Of a stretch of DNA of 64,000 bases, positions 41,241-51,213 are shown piece by piece; position 1 is the first letter of the stretch; every line of letters starts with the position of its first letter. The notes beneath the pieces are model-generated. The model worked only from the letters and a program-made list of their open reading frames with translations, did no database searches and was not told where the DNA came from. The translations under genes were made by a program, and so were the position numbers. The stretch comes from Candidatus Bathyarchaeota archaeon (GTDB lineage: Archaea; Thermoproteota; Bathyarchaeia; Bathyarchaeales; Bathycorpusculaceae), in contig OY970340.1 of the NCBI GenBank assembly GCA_963717465.1, positions 256,001 through 320,000 on the forward strand. Direction: 5' to 3'.

Positions 41241-42443
41241 TTAACTGCTTGCAAGGGGTCGTTCACCTAATGTTACTTGTACCACACTTTGGGTGCTGCT
41301 TTTGTTATCGGTTACAAATGTTATGTTGATGACGTCGTTAGGCTTTGTGTATTCTTCAAGGTACGATGACAGATCGTCCATGCTTCTGATTCTAGTCCCA
41401 TTAATCGCTGTAATGATGTCGCCACCTGTATAAACAGTTGAGCCGTCTATTGTTGACTCTGTTGTGCCTGCTTCAAGTTTATTTGCTGCTGGTCCTGTAC
41501 TGTTTACCCCTTCAATTAGGACGCCATAGGTCACGCTTGCGTCAGTTTGTTGGGCTATGTCATAGGTCATGTCAGTGCCTTCAATCCCGAGGTATGGATG
41601 ATAATATGGTTCGCCGTTTGCCAAATCCGACACTTCTCTGAGTATTGTATCTGAGGGGATTGCGAAGCCTAATCCTTGGGAGTCCGAAACTATAGCCGTT
41701 GTTATGCCGATAACTTGACCAGCACTGTTTAGCAGAGGTCCACCTGAATTGCCTGGGTTTATAGGAGTGCTGGTTTGGATGATGTCAGCTATTTCGTAAT
41801 CGCCCGCAGTGTCCTCAATGATTGTTCGATTCAATGCGCTAACTATGCCTGTGGTCATGGAGCCTGATAATCCGTATGGGCTGCCGATTGCTATCACATC
41901 ATCGCCTACTTGCAGTGTTGAAGAGGTGGTGATTTGAATAGGAACAAGCTCACTTTGATTTATGTTGGCAGTTGAAAGGACAGCTAGGTCTGAGTAAGGA
42001 TCTGAGCCGAGGACTGTGCTGGTGTAGGTGTTGCCATCTTGGAAGGTTACTTCAATGTTTTGGGCGGCGCTGTACTCGTCTATTACGTGATTGTTTGTGA
42101 TTACGATCATTGTTCCTGTAAGGTTGTAGATGAATCCGGAGCCTTGAACCTGCACTTGTTCTTGAGTTGTGTATCCAAACCCCTCATCTTCTGTTTCAGT
42201 TTGGATGTCTTGGATTACTACTATTGATGGTGATGCTTGTTGATAAATTTGTGAAAGCGTGGTGTTAGTCTGTGCTTCATCAGGTGAGGCAGTCGCGTTT
42301 CCGAATGTGGCTTTTTGGTTGTTTTGAGTTATGATTAGGTATACTTCTGCTGATAAGGCGGTTGCTAGTGCAGCTATTAGGATTATGCATATGAGGAATA
42401 TGGCAAGTTTGTGGTTTGTTTGTTCTTTTGGTGGGGGAAGCAT
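41241..42443 (-). CDS. htrA: HtrA/DegP-like membrane-anchored serine protease with PDZ domain
   Basis: N-terminal TM, GSGF, TNNHVI, DLAVL, INPGNSGGPL, PYLGI, GDIITAING. Confidence 0.93.
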   Translation of the reverse strand: MLPPPKEQTNHKLAIFLICIILIAALATALSAEVYLIITQNNQKATFGNATASPDEAQTNTTLSQIYQQASPSIVVIQDIQTETEDEGFGYTTQEQVQVQGSGFIYNLTGTMIVITNNHVIDEYSAAQNIEVTFQDGNTYTSTVLGSDPYSDLAVLSTANINQSELVPIQITTSSTLQVGDDVIAIGSPYGLSGSMTTGIVSALNRTIIEDTAGDYEIADIIQTSTPINPGNSGGPLLNSAGQVIGITTAIVSDSQGLGFAIPSDTILREVSDLANGEPYYHPYLGIEGTDMTYDIAQQTDASVTYGVLIEGVNSTGPAANKLEAGTTESTIDGSTVYTGGDIITAINGTRIRSMDDLSSYLEEYTKPNDVINITFVTDNKSSTQSVVQVTLGERPLASS

Positions 42444-42806
42444 TTGTTTTACTTTCCTAAAGTCAGCTACTACTTGTGATAGTAACAAATTAACATATAA
42501 ACCTTATCCCAACTAGCGCCCAACTTCTCCAGCGCCAACCCTTCCAAATTGTCAGGTCAGGCGCACGCAAATGATAAATTGCATTTTGCACTTAAGTTCA
42601 CAAAGTCGGCTATTTGTCAGGCTAATATTGTGCTCTCTAAGTGTCGGCTTTTCATTTTAGTTAGTGTAGCTGCTATTTTTGCTGTATCTTCAGGCCTCGC
42701 TTAATAGTCATCATGTAATATGTATGCTTGTTGTTGGTATTGCTGTAGTAAAGTTTTATTAGCCATCAAACATATCTCCTTGAAGAAATTTGTAGTATAT
42801 ACCAGT

Positions 42807-42884
42807 GCTCCGGTAGTATAGTCCGGTCAAGTATTCCGGCCTTTCGAGCCGAAGACCCGGGTCCGAATCCCGGCCGGAGCACCA
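42807..42884 (+). tRNA. tRNA-Glu(TTC), CCA encoded
   Basis: GCTCCGG/CCGGAGC acceptor stem; anticodon TTC at 42843-45; CCGGG/CCCGG T stem. Confidence 0.93.
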
Positions 42885-42979
42885 ATTAACTTCTGAATTG
42901 GGTTAGAGACCTGTTTCTATACTAGTGGGAAAAAGAACAACGAACTTAGTCCTTCTTCGTGACAAGCAGTATTTTGGTA

Positions 42980-43827
42980 TCAATGGTTGTTGATCCAATC
43001 GCCTACTGCATCAGTCACCTGTCTTCTCTTTTCTGGGTCGTCAGGAAAATGGGATTTTGGGAAAAAGACATGATAAAACCTATAATCCGCATCTTGAAGG
43101 TCTTTAGAGTTTTGTCCTTTGACGCCAAGCTGTCAAGGAGTTTTTTTGCGCCTTCTGGCAGTACATGGATATCTGTCTCGCCTTGAATAATCAGAGTCGG
43201 TGTTTGTGTTCTTGACGCATTTTTCAAGGCGTTTTTTGTAAAGGTCCTACGCAGCGAATAATGTAACGTGCGCTCTGTCCATGGGCGTTTAATGGGTTTT
43301 CATTGAGAAGTTTGAATTCGTCACTGTTTTTGAAAGCTTGTGGCATTTCCTGGTCGCCACGCAACACCTTTTTGGGAGCGAACAGTAGTAAAAACAGACC
43401 TTTGATTACCAACCCTACGGGCGTTTTTGTGGCATATTGTATAGGTGGCGCGGCTAATACTACGCCATCAAGAGAAGCTTGGTTGTTTGCGGTATACCAG
43501 AGTGCATAGCAACAGCCCAAGCTGTGACCAAGCAGGAACACTTTCTTATTTTGGTGCTTTTCGTGAATGAAAGTTACTGCTTCACTTAAATCTTGCATAT
43601 GTCTCTTGAAATTGCTTGTATCTCCCCCTTTCCAACCCTTTTTCCACCGAATTTCCGAAACCTCGAAGATCCTGGGCATAAACTTCGATTTTATCCTTTG
43701 CCAGAGCCTTTCCCAAGTTCTCAAAGAATTCCGAATTTACTCCTAAACCATGCACACATACAACGACTCTCTGAGCTTCGTCAGTGACTTTCCATTGCCA
43801 ATAAAATAGGGCAAATCCATCCGACAT
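42980..43827 (-). CDS. Alpha/beta hydrolase (lysophospholipase-like), frameshifted
   Basis: VHGLG, QDLRGFG.S, LGHSLG, PTLIIQGETD. Confidence 0.85.
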
Positions 43828-44225
43828 CGTAATATAGTTCTGAACTTGAGCAGATATGTACTAGAGCCCCCGTTTTATTTTGCAGTTTCTTGAGTTAATA
43901 CCGTTTTTGCCGCCAGAGTTTGGGCAATTTATTTTATCTTTTGATTTGTGAAGAATTCAGCTGATCAATGCCGTTAAAATTTTATAATTATTAATTTTAT
44001 ATGACCACCACAAATGGCTTTTCACAAGCATCACAAGGATAACTTTAGAACCAAGAAAGGGGAAAACTTCGTCGTGTATAAAACAAGCACCGATTAACAG
44101 ATAAATGAAAATTGTGTTTTTGAGTTAAAACCCGAATATAGACCTAGACCGAAGCACTTTTTGGTAAATTTGATATGAAGAAGGATTATTTCTACAATTT
44201 ATTACCCTAAAAAGTTAAGTTTTAA

Positions 44226-44459
44226 TTGTTTCAAATAAAATACGATGATTGGTGTAACTGGATGACTTGGAGAATTAGAGTTGTTTTCAGGGATTCTAAT
44301 GGAAAGTTGCTTCATGCAGCGGGATGTTTGGGCGACAAGGATGGAAATGTTTACGAGTTTGCTACTAGAAATGAGTGTTACAGAGCTATCAAGTCATTGG
44401 AGAAAAAAGACTTTTGTCAGTATAAGGGATTGTTAGAACCTATGGAGACCTTGCTCTGA
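44226..44459 (+). CDS. Small hypothetical protein
   Basis: 77-aa ORF with no recognised motif. Confidence 0.4.
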   Translation: MFQIKYDDWCNWMTWRIRVVFRDSNGKLLHAAGCLGDKDGNVYEFATRNECYRAIKSLEKKDFCQYKGLLEPMETLL

Positions 44460-44463
44460 ACCT

Positions 44464-44811
44464 CTAGCAGGTTACGTGAAGGATTGCAACCATTGTTCTC
44501 TTTTCACGCTCAATCTTATCCACGATAAGAGGCGTCGCCATCGTAGACGTCTTGAATTTACTCAACATTTTCTTCGCTTTTTCCGTTATCGGCAATCCAT
44601 TTTCGTAACCAGTTCCAACATAAACAACTTCAGGCTTTTCATCCTTAAGAAACCCTAGCTCTTTTTCCGACAGAGGAGTATGACCATAAACCTTCTTAAA
44701 ACCCTTAGATTTCTTCTTTTTCCGATTTGTTATGCGACCGTCAACATGTAATACTATGTCTTCTTCATACTCATGCCCGAAAATCTCGACTGAACCAAAA
44801 GACGCATTCAC
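44464..44811 (-). CDS. MTH938/NDUFAF3-like protein
   Basis: FGS..I.G..Y..D, PEVVYVGTG, terminal LHVTC. Confidence 0.85.
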   Translation of the reverse strand: MNASFGSVEIFGHEYEEDIVLHVDGRITNRKKKKSKGFKKVYGHTPLSEKELGFLKDEKPEVVYVGTGYENGLPITEKAKKMLSKFKTSTMATPLIVDKIEREKRTMVAILHVTC

Positions 44812-44948
44812 ATCGATTACTCTTCTACAAATAAGTAATATTTAGCGTTAATATAAACGCAAAGTGCACACGATTCCAAATTCTGGGAAAAAACAGTCTT
44901 TCCAAACTCAAATTCCTCTGCAGCTTAAAGCTTGTAATGAATTATTGA

Positions 44949-45696
44949 TTATTTTCCTCCTTTAATTAGGCCCATGGCTCCTAATATGGAAGGCAGCTGT
45001 AACGCTGTCGAAATAAACGGTTCATCCCTTGTTAATTTGAACTCCACTTTTGTTATACCCCAACTTTGAATAGTTTTCACCAGTTCTTCTGAACTGCCAT
45101 AAAGCCGCTTTAGCAAAAAAAGATCCTGAAAAGCGAAACTGCCACCCTTCTTAACAACGCGAAATGCTTCTTTGATTAAGGCCATTTTGTCTTTTTGATC
45201 TTTAACTTCGTGAAAAACGAGGTTACTTACAGCAGCATCGAAAACCTCATCGTCAAATGGCAAGTTGGAAGCGCTCGCCTGCTGAAAAGTGATTTGAGCA
45301 TTGACGTTTTCCAAAATAGCATTGTTTTCACAAACATTTTTTGAAAAACCCAATTCTTCCCCCAGTAATCAACTCCCACTAAACTTGCTTGAGGATACTT
45401 TTAAGCCAGTTTAATGGTTAAAGCGCCATTTCCACATCCTACGTCTAAAGCTTTACGTTGGCCAGCCCAATCTAAGTTAGCAACAACCAAATCCCAAATT
45501 CTACTCTGCACATCCTTACCATAAGAAGAAAGCAAAAAGTAAACATAGATAACGTATACAAGAAACAGAAAAGCGCCGCTGAAAACAAAATAAAAACCCA
45601 AGAAAAAATAGCAAGCGCTGAAAATACGAGTACAAGTATTATTGGAAGAGAAATTATTCTCTTTGAAAACCAGCTACCATAATGCGGCTTATCCAA
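44949..45696 (-). CDS. Class I SAM-dependent methyltransferase with N-terminal TM, frameshifted (start approximate)
   Basis: LDVGCGNG, GVDYWG, ASASNLPF.D..FDA.VSN..FHEV, RV.KKGG.F.FQD. Confidence 0.85.
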
Positions 45697-46121
45697 GCTA
45701 ATGCCAACCGTAAGTACGTTATCTTGTTTTTTTAACAGTAAAATGCTATTTAGGTTTTCTATCAAAATCTTTCCATTTTCAGCTTGAACTTATCGCCGAA
45801 TAATTAGAGTTAAGTACTCGCGTATTTGGTCTTACTCTATGTTTTAGAAACCCTGAAAACAGCCATTTTCAATAGGCAAAAAGCGAAGGATATGCAGGCA
45901 AAAAAGTTTTGTTCCGCAAGAAAAGTGTGAAGAGTCTTTTAAATGACAGCAAAATCATAGATGAAAACGCAGAAAATAAACAAATTTAACCGTCGAACAA
46001 GTTAAGTCTCAAAAAATAAATGATTTATAGTGTCATTTAGAGTCTGTACAAAACTTTTTACCAGCTTAAAGTGTCAACCTCTCACTATATATTAAACCGC
46101 AAAAAACCGAAGGAATTAGAC

Positions 46122-46784
46122 ATGAGCGAAGAAAAACTAGATGCATTAAGTCAGAACAAAGAAGAAGCGCTTCTCTCGTTTTATTCTAGAATGGAAAATC
46201 TTCGCCTTGAATTCGCACAGGAAACAGTTGATTTCGCCAAAGAATGGTATGAAAAAACTGCTAGACTTTACGTCACTAAATTTATTGAAGTAACCTCGAA
46301 AATGAGTGAAAAGAGACTTTACTTCATGAAAGTTAGAGTTAACGAGCTTATAAAAGGCGCTAATGACATCGTCGAATTTGAGTTGTCTAATCCTGAATTG
46401 TGGTGGCACAAAAGACCCAAAGCGATATGCTCAGTCTCTTTATACACTCAGGCTGGCAACAAGTACCCTGAAATTCTTGACCGGGCAGTCAGACATATTT
46501 TAGGAAGTTTAGGAGCAGTTCTGGAAGCATTCGGCTACAACGTTACAACCCAAGGAAACTCGATGGTGTTTCCGGAATTTTGGTTTGATTCCACAAACGG
46601 CCAAAGAATAGTCCCCTACTATCCACACACCCTTGAATGGTCAAAAAACATGCAGATCACAATAGCAAAATACAATGAGCAGTATACGCAGGCACTTGAA
46701 CTCTTCAAAGAGGTACAGGAGCTAAAAAATCAAAACAAACAAATGCAAGTCGGCGTACTATGGGACTCGATTGAGGCAGTCTAA
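46122..46784 (+). CDS. Hypothetical helical protein
   Basis: 220-aa ORF with no recognised motif. Confidence 0.6.
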   Translation: MSEEKLDALSQNKEEALLSFYSRMENLRLEFAQETVDFAKEWYEKTARLYVTKFIEVTSKMSEKRLYFMKVRVNELIKGANDIVEFELSNPELWWHKRPKAICSVSLYTQAGNKYPEILDRAVRHILGSLGAVLEAFGYNVTTQGNSMVFPEFWFDSTNGQRIVPYYPHTLEWSKNMQITIAKYNEQYTQALELFKEVQELKNQNKQMQVGVLWDSIEAV

Positions 46785-46963
46785 ACCCGCCGTTTCAGTT
46801 AAGCTCAGCTTTCTCGATACACTTCATTTTTCAAAAATGCGTTCATGAGCCAAACTTTTGCCTTCAAGAAAAAATTACAGACTTACGTTAAAATGAGAAG
46901 GGTTTGCGAACTTCCAAGAAAGCTATAAATTAACGCTATGCTTTGTGGATATTGTGGTTTGTT

Positions 46964-47413
46964 TTGTCACTTGAAGTTGTATCGCATGTTGAGCTTGAAA
47001 AATATTTAGGCAAATGGTATGAAATAGCACATCTCCCAGCCAAATTCCAAGAAGGCTGCAATGAAACCATTGCTACGTACACATTAATGAAAAATGGCAG
47101 TGTATCCGTGCTTAATCAATGCATAAAAAATGGCAAGTCAAAGCATTCAAAGGGGAAAGCAAAAGTAGTTGATAAGTCGAATGCAAAACTTAAAGTAACG
47201 TTTTTTTGGCCGTTCTACGGTGACTATTGGATTATAAATCTAGGTAAAGATTATGATTATGCTGTGGTGGGCACACCCAACCGCAGGTACCTTTGGATAC
47301 TCAGCAGGACCCCTCAAATGGATGACAAGCTTTACGCACAATTAGTGGAACAGGCAAAACTAAAAGGCTTTGATGTAAGCAGACTTATCAAAACTCTTCA
47401 GAAAGTGCAATGA
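46964..47413 (+). CDS. Lipocalin (Blc-like)
   Basis: YLGKWYEIA, KLKVTFFWPFYGDYW, YLWILSRTP. Confidence 0.92.
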   Translation: MSLEVVSHVELEKYLGKWYEIAHLPAKFQEGCNETIATYTLMKNGSVSVLNQCIKNGKSKHSKGKAKVVDKSNAKLKVTFFWPFYGDYWIINLGKDYDYAVVGTPNRRYLWILSRTPQMDDKLYAQLVEQAKLKGFDVSRLIKTLQKVQ

Positions 47414-47649
47414 AAACTAATTACGGTTCAATAGGGTGGATTTGCAAAAGTACCAAAACACGAAGAGTAATCAAATACTCACCCTCAATTCAACCGGCTT
47501 TTTTTAAAAAAAAGCCCTACCAATAGCAACCACGTATAGTTGAATCCTTAATTTGCATGCATAAGCAAGTCTTAAATAGCAAGCAGTAAATATGTAGCGA
47601 AAAACTTGAAAAATTCGTCGCTGCTTCAAAAAGAATAAGGTGATGTTGA

Positions 47650-49086
47650 ATGGTAGAGCAAGCCAACAAATCAACGATTACTCTAACTCATAGTAACACA
47701 GTTTTAGGCATCGTAATGTTAGGCACCATGATGGGGGCACTCGACAGCACCATCGTGCTCCTTGCATTTCCAACGATAAGCAGTAGCCTAAACTCTGACC
47801 TTGCAACTTCGATATGGATAATTCTCGCTTATCTTCTGGTCATCGCTGTAGCGACTACGCAAATGGGCAGGGTTGGAGATATCTATGGGAGGAGCCGAAT
47901 ATTCAATTTAGGCTTCGTGATTTTCACTATTGGCTCAGCGCTTTGCGGGTTCTCATCTAACATTTACTTATTAATATCTTTTAGAGCATTCCAAGCATTA
48001 GGAGGAGCCGTTATGCAAGCCACCAGTGGAGCAATAATAGCAGACTATTTCCCAAGAGAAAAACGCGGTCGAGCATACGGCTTTAACTCCCTTGGCTTCA
48101 CTAGCGGAGCGATGCTTGGCATAATTCTTGGCGGGGTAATCACTACTTACGCCAGCTGGCAGTACATTTTCTTCATAAACATCCCGATTGGAATAATCGC
48201 CGTCATAGCTGGATCAAAGTACCTCAAAGATGCTGGCAGAACACCCGCTAAGCTTAACCTAGTAGGCATGGGGCTACTTGCTTCAGGCTTGACATTGATA
48301 TCTTTCGGATTGATAGATTTCGCTGCTGAAGGACTAAGCGCAACGAATATTTTCTTGACAGTCATTGGAGCAGTGTTATTGCCCATCTTCTTCTGGTACG
48401 ATCGAAGAATTAAAAACTCCCTGATTGATTACGAGGCTTTCAAGAGCAGGGTCCTACGTAATGCAATATTGTCTGCCTTCTTCACAAGCGTAGGTTATTT
48501 TTCTGTAGTGTTCTTGGTTATCATGTACTTACAAGGCATAAGAGCCCTTTCGCCGCTTAATGCCTCGCTACTGCTGGTACCTGGATACGTAGCCGGCAGC
48601 TTCTTGGGCCCAATAATGGGCAGAGCTTCAGACAAGTACGGCTCAAGAGGAATAGCTACAACGGGCATATTCTTCCTGGCGTTGGCCATATTGATTTATC
48701 TTACGTTGGGTACTGAATCACCGCTTTACATCGTGCTTATTGCCTCAGCTGTCTCGGGTTTAGGAACCTCTATGTTCTTCCCAGCTAACAACAGCGCTGT
48801 CATGGCAAATGCAAGAACTGGTTCATTTGGCAGCATCTCAGGTTTACTTCGGACCGTACAAAACATTGGATTAGTCGGAAGCTATGTCTTGACCATCTCG
48901 GTCGCGGCAGCCTCAATACCCAGGCAAGTAGCTTTTGAAGTGTTCGTTGGAACAACCAAGCTTACTGGTGGAGTGAGCCAAGCCTTCATTTACGGGATAG
49001 ATCACGCATTCTACGCATCCATAATCATTCTTATAATCGCAGGCGTGCTATCCTTTATCAGAGGAAGAGATGTAAGAAAACCCTAG
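47650..49086 (+). CDS. MFS transporter (DHA2/EmrB-like)
   Basis: D.TIV..A.P.I, GR.GD.YGR, R..Q.LGG, W..IFFINIPIG. Confidence 0.93.
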   Translation: MVEQANKSTITLTHSNTVLGIVMLGTMMGALDSTIVLLAFPTISSSLNSDLATSIWIILAYLLVIAVATTQMGRVGDIYGRSRIFNLGFVIFTIGSALCGFSSNIYLLISFRAFQALGGAVMQATSGAIIADYFPREKRGRAYGFNSLGFTSGAMLGIILGGVITTYASWQYIFFINIPIGIIAVIAGSKYLKDAGRTPAKLNLVGMGLLASGLTLISFGLIDFAAEGLSATNIFLTVIGAVLLPIFFWYDRRIKNSLIDYEAFKSRVLRNAILSAFFTSVGYFSVVFLVIMYLQGIRALSPLNASLLLVPGYVAGSFLGPIMGRASDKYGSRGIATTGIFFLALAILIYLTLGTESPLYIVLIASAVSGLGTSMFFPANNSAVMANARTGSFGSISGLLRTVQNIGLVGSYVLTISVAAASIPRQVAFEVFVGTTKLTGGVSQAFIYGIDHAFYASIIILIIAGVLSFIRGRDVRKP

Positions 49087-49206
49087 AATCATGCACGAAC
49101 CCAAAAAACCAGGCGACTATTAAAATCTAGAAATAGCTTGCTTTGATGACTTAATAAAAACTTTGCAAGGCGAAAATTTGGCAATGTGAAAGTGAGGAAA
49201 GTTTCT

Positions 49207-49419
49207 CTAAGAGGACCGTTTAGCTTCTTTAATTTGCTTTGTTATCTCAGAGGCCAAAACTGATAGGAACATGATGCTAAAAGCCGCCACTGCAATGCCC
49301 AACTTAAAAATCAAATCTATGTTCAAGAAGAAAAATGTAAAAAGAACGATAACTATCGTACATATAACTACCACTTCTTCGATGGCGTCAAAATTCTTTA
49401 ATGGATTTCCAAAACTCAT
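49207..49419 (-). CDS. Small two-TM membrane protein
   Basis: Two hydrophobic segments in 70 aa. Confidence 0.55.
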   Translation of the reverse strand: MSFGNPLKNFDAIEEVVVICTIVIVLFTFFFLNIDLIFKLGIAVAAFSIMFLSVLASEITKQIKEAKRSS

Positions 49420-49651
49420 TTTGCGTCACTTTCTTGACCCTGACTTCTTATCAGCGAAAAATATTAACATTCTGTTGCTACAAGCCTTATTTCTTCATTC
49501 AGCAAACGCGAAGATGCAGATAAACGATATTTATGTCTTGTGGTTGCATCTCGGAAGCTCTGTTTCTTCCTTAAAGCTCAATAAACTTATTGAATTACTG
49601 ATATAGAAACAACAAACAGATAAAACGGTAATTATTGTTTGCTATTGTTTT

Positions 49652-49750
49652 TTATGTCTTGGTTCTAAGCTCCAATCGAATACCATACAACACGACTGCG
49701 AATGAAACAACGATTACAACTACAGAAGCTGCATCAATTAGTCCAAACAT
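49652..49750 (-). CDS. 32-aa single-TM peptide
   Basis: MFGLIDAASVVVIVVSFAVVLYGIRLELRTKT; AGGT RBS, TATA-like box and shared operator upstream. Confidence 0.6.
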   Translation of the reverse strand: MFGLIDAASVVVIVVSFAVVLYGIRLELRTKT

Positions 49751-49805
49751 ATTTCTACCTTCTTTATGCTTAGACTAGTTGTATGCTCGGGTAAATTTAA
49801 AGATG

Positions 49806-49824
49806 ATTATGATTTGTTCATAAT
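49806..49824. promoter_or_regulatory. Shared operator, copy 1
   Basis: ATTATGA-TTTGT-TCATAAT palindrome next to the TATA-like box at 49793-49801. Confidence 0.7.
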
Positions 49825-49921
49825 TCTTCTTAATAGTTAAACATATGTCTAAAAAAAGTTTATATGTTGATTTTTCCTCAACGAGTCTAAAGTAACAAAA
49901 CAAAAAGGAAAGTGAATAAGA

Positions 49922-50158
49922 ATGAAAGCTTACATACTCTTAAGCACCAAGCCTGGAACATCCTTGGAAGTTGTTGAGAGAATAAAAACTAAAGTAAAAG
50001 AAAACATTACTGCAGACGCAATTTTCGGTCGATATGACGCAATCGTCGTTCTCGAAGCTCAAGAACTTGAAAAGATCAACCAAATAGTTTACAAAATAAT
50101 CGAAAAAGACCCAAACGTAATCAAAACAGAAACGTCCATTGTGCTATCACCCATGTAA
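49922..50158 (+). CDS. Stand-alone Lrp/AsnC ligand-binding (RAM) domain protein
   Basis: AYILL...PG....V, IFGRYDAIV..EA, V.KTETSI; no HTH. Confidence 0.88.
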   Translation: MKAYILLSTKPGTSLEVVERIKTKVKENITADAIFGRYDAIVVLEAQELEKINQIVYKIIEKDPNVIKTETSIVLSPM

Positions 50159-50276
50159 TTGCAGCCAAAAACCTTTTCAGCCTTTTTTAGCTTCGATTGT
50201 GTCAAGAATTGTGTCGAAAGCAAAGAAAGGTGGAAAAATTTTTAGTTTTGCAAGGAGATCCTTTTAATGATTTTCA

Positions 50277-50573
50277 TTAAAGACACTTTGGCCCTTTATG
50301 AGCTTTAAGAACAATTGAGCTTACGGTACTTTTTACTCCTTTTATTTTCATTATCTTATTTTTCAGAATGTCTCTAAATTCTTCAATATCTGATGCAGAA
50401 ACCATAGTTACAATATCAAATTCTCCAGTTACCTCATAGAGTTCTTCCAGATTTTTCAATTTGGAAAGCGACTCTAATACAATGTCCATTTCTGGAGATT
50501 CAACGAATATATCTACGAAAGCCAACAATTTTGGCATAATGTTCATCTTTCCATACTGGACGGAGTTCGACAT
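50277..50573 (-). CDS. Stand-alone Lrp/AsnC RAM domain protein
   Basis: YEVTGEFDIV, I.GVKST.SSIVL. Confidence 0.9.
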   Translation of the reverse strand: MSNSVQYGKMNIMPKLLAFVDIFVESPEMDIVLESLSKLKNLEELYEVTGEFDIVTMVSASDIEEFRDILKNKIMKIKGVKSTVSSIVLKAHKGPKCL

Positions 50574-50733
50574 ATTTATATCTTGTTGTCTCTGGTGTCG
50601 ATAAATTTGTATTTTTCATTAACAATTGGTTAAAAACATGACAATAGAGTGAAAATTCGTCAATTATATCTCAATATGCTATTCTAGAATGTTTGAAATT
50701 GGTGTAAAAATTTTTTTGAACGCGAATTAACCA

Positions 50734-51201
50734 TTAACCGTCGAATGCCTTGTAAATGTCTGGATACTGTTTTATTAATACTAGATTAATTCTCACTACA
50801 TTGACGTACGGGTTCCCGAAAATCCAAAATGTCCCTTCCTGATTCTCATTCACTATGTTATTTAATTCGTCGGTTGAGATTCCTGTGGCGTTGCTTATTC
50901 TGGGAACTTGTGAATATGCGTCCTGCAGTGTGATGTCTGGGTCTACACCTGATGCTGACGGCGATGCTGTTTCGTTTCTCGGCTGAAAGAAAAGAGGAGA
51001 TGTGAAATTTTGTACTATTAGATTTGATCCAACCGATTGCCCGTTGAGTTGAACTATTTCACCGTTAGCTTGGTAAGGGAAAAAAGCTTGACCTATACCT
51101 GTGATGAAAATTGGGTAAAAAATGCCGCAAATCAAGAATGAAGCCACTGTTATTCCTATAATAGGTTTGAAGTTCCATTTTTCTTTTTGCTGTTTCGTCA
51201 T
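50734..51201 (-). CDS. kdpC: K+-transporting ATPase subunit C
   Basis: YP..ITGIGQ.FFP.QANG, GS.LI.Q.F, SASG.DPDI, VNV...NL.L. Confidence 0.95.
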   Translation of the reverse strand: MTKQQKEKWNFKPIIGITVASFLICGIFYPIFITGIGQAFFPYQANGEIVQLNGQSVGSNLIVQNFTSPLFFQPRNETASPSASGVDPDITLQDAYSQVPRISNATGISTDELNNIVNENQEGTFWIFGNPYVNVVRINLVLIKQYPDIYKAFDG

Positions 51202-51213
51202 GTTTGCATTCCT

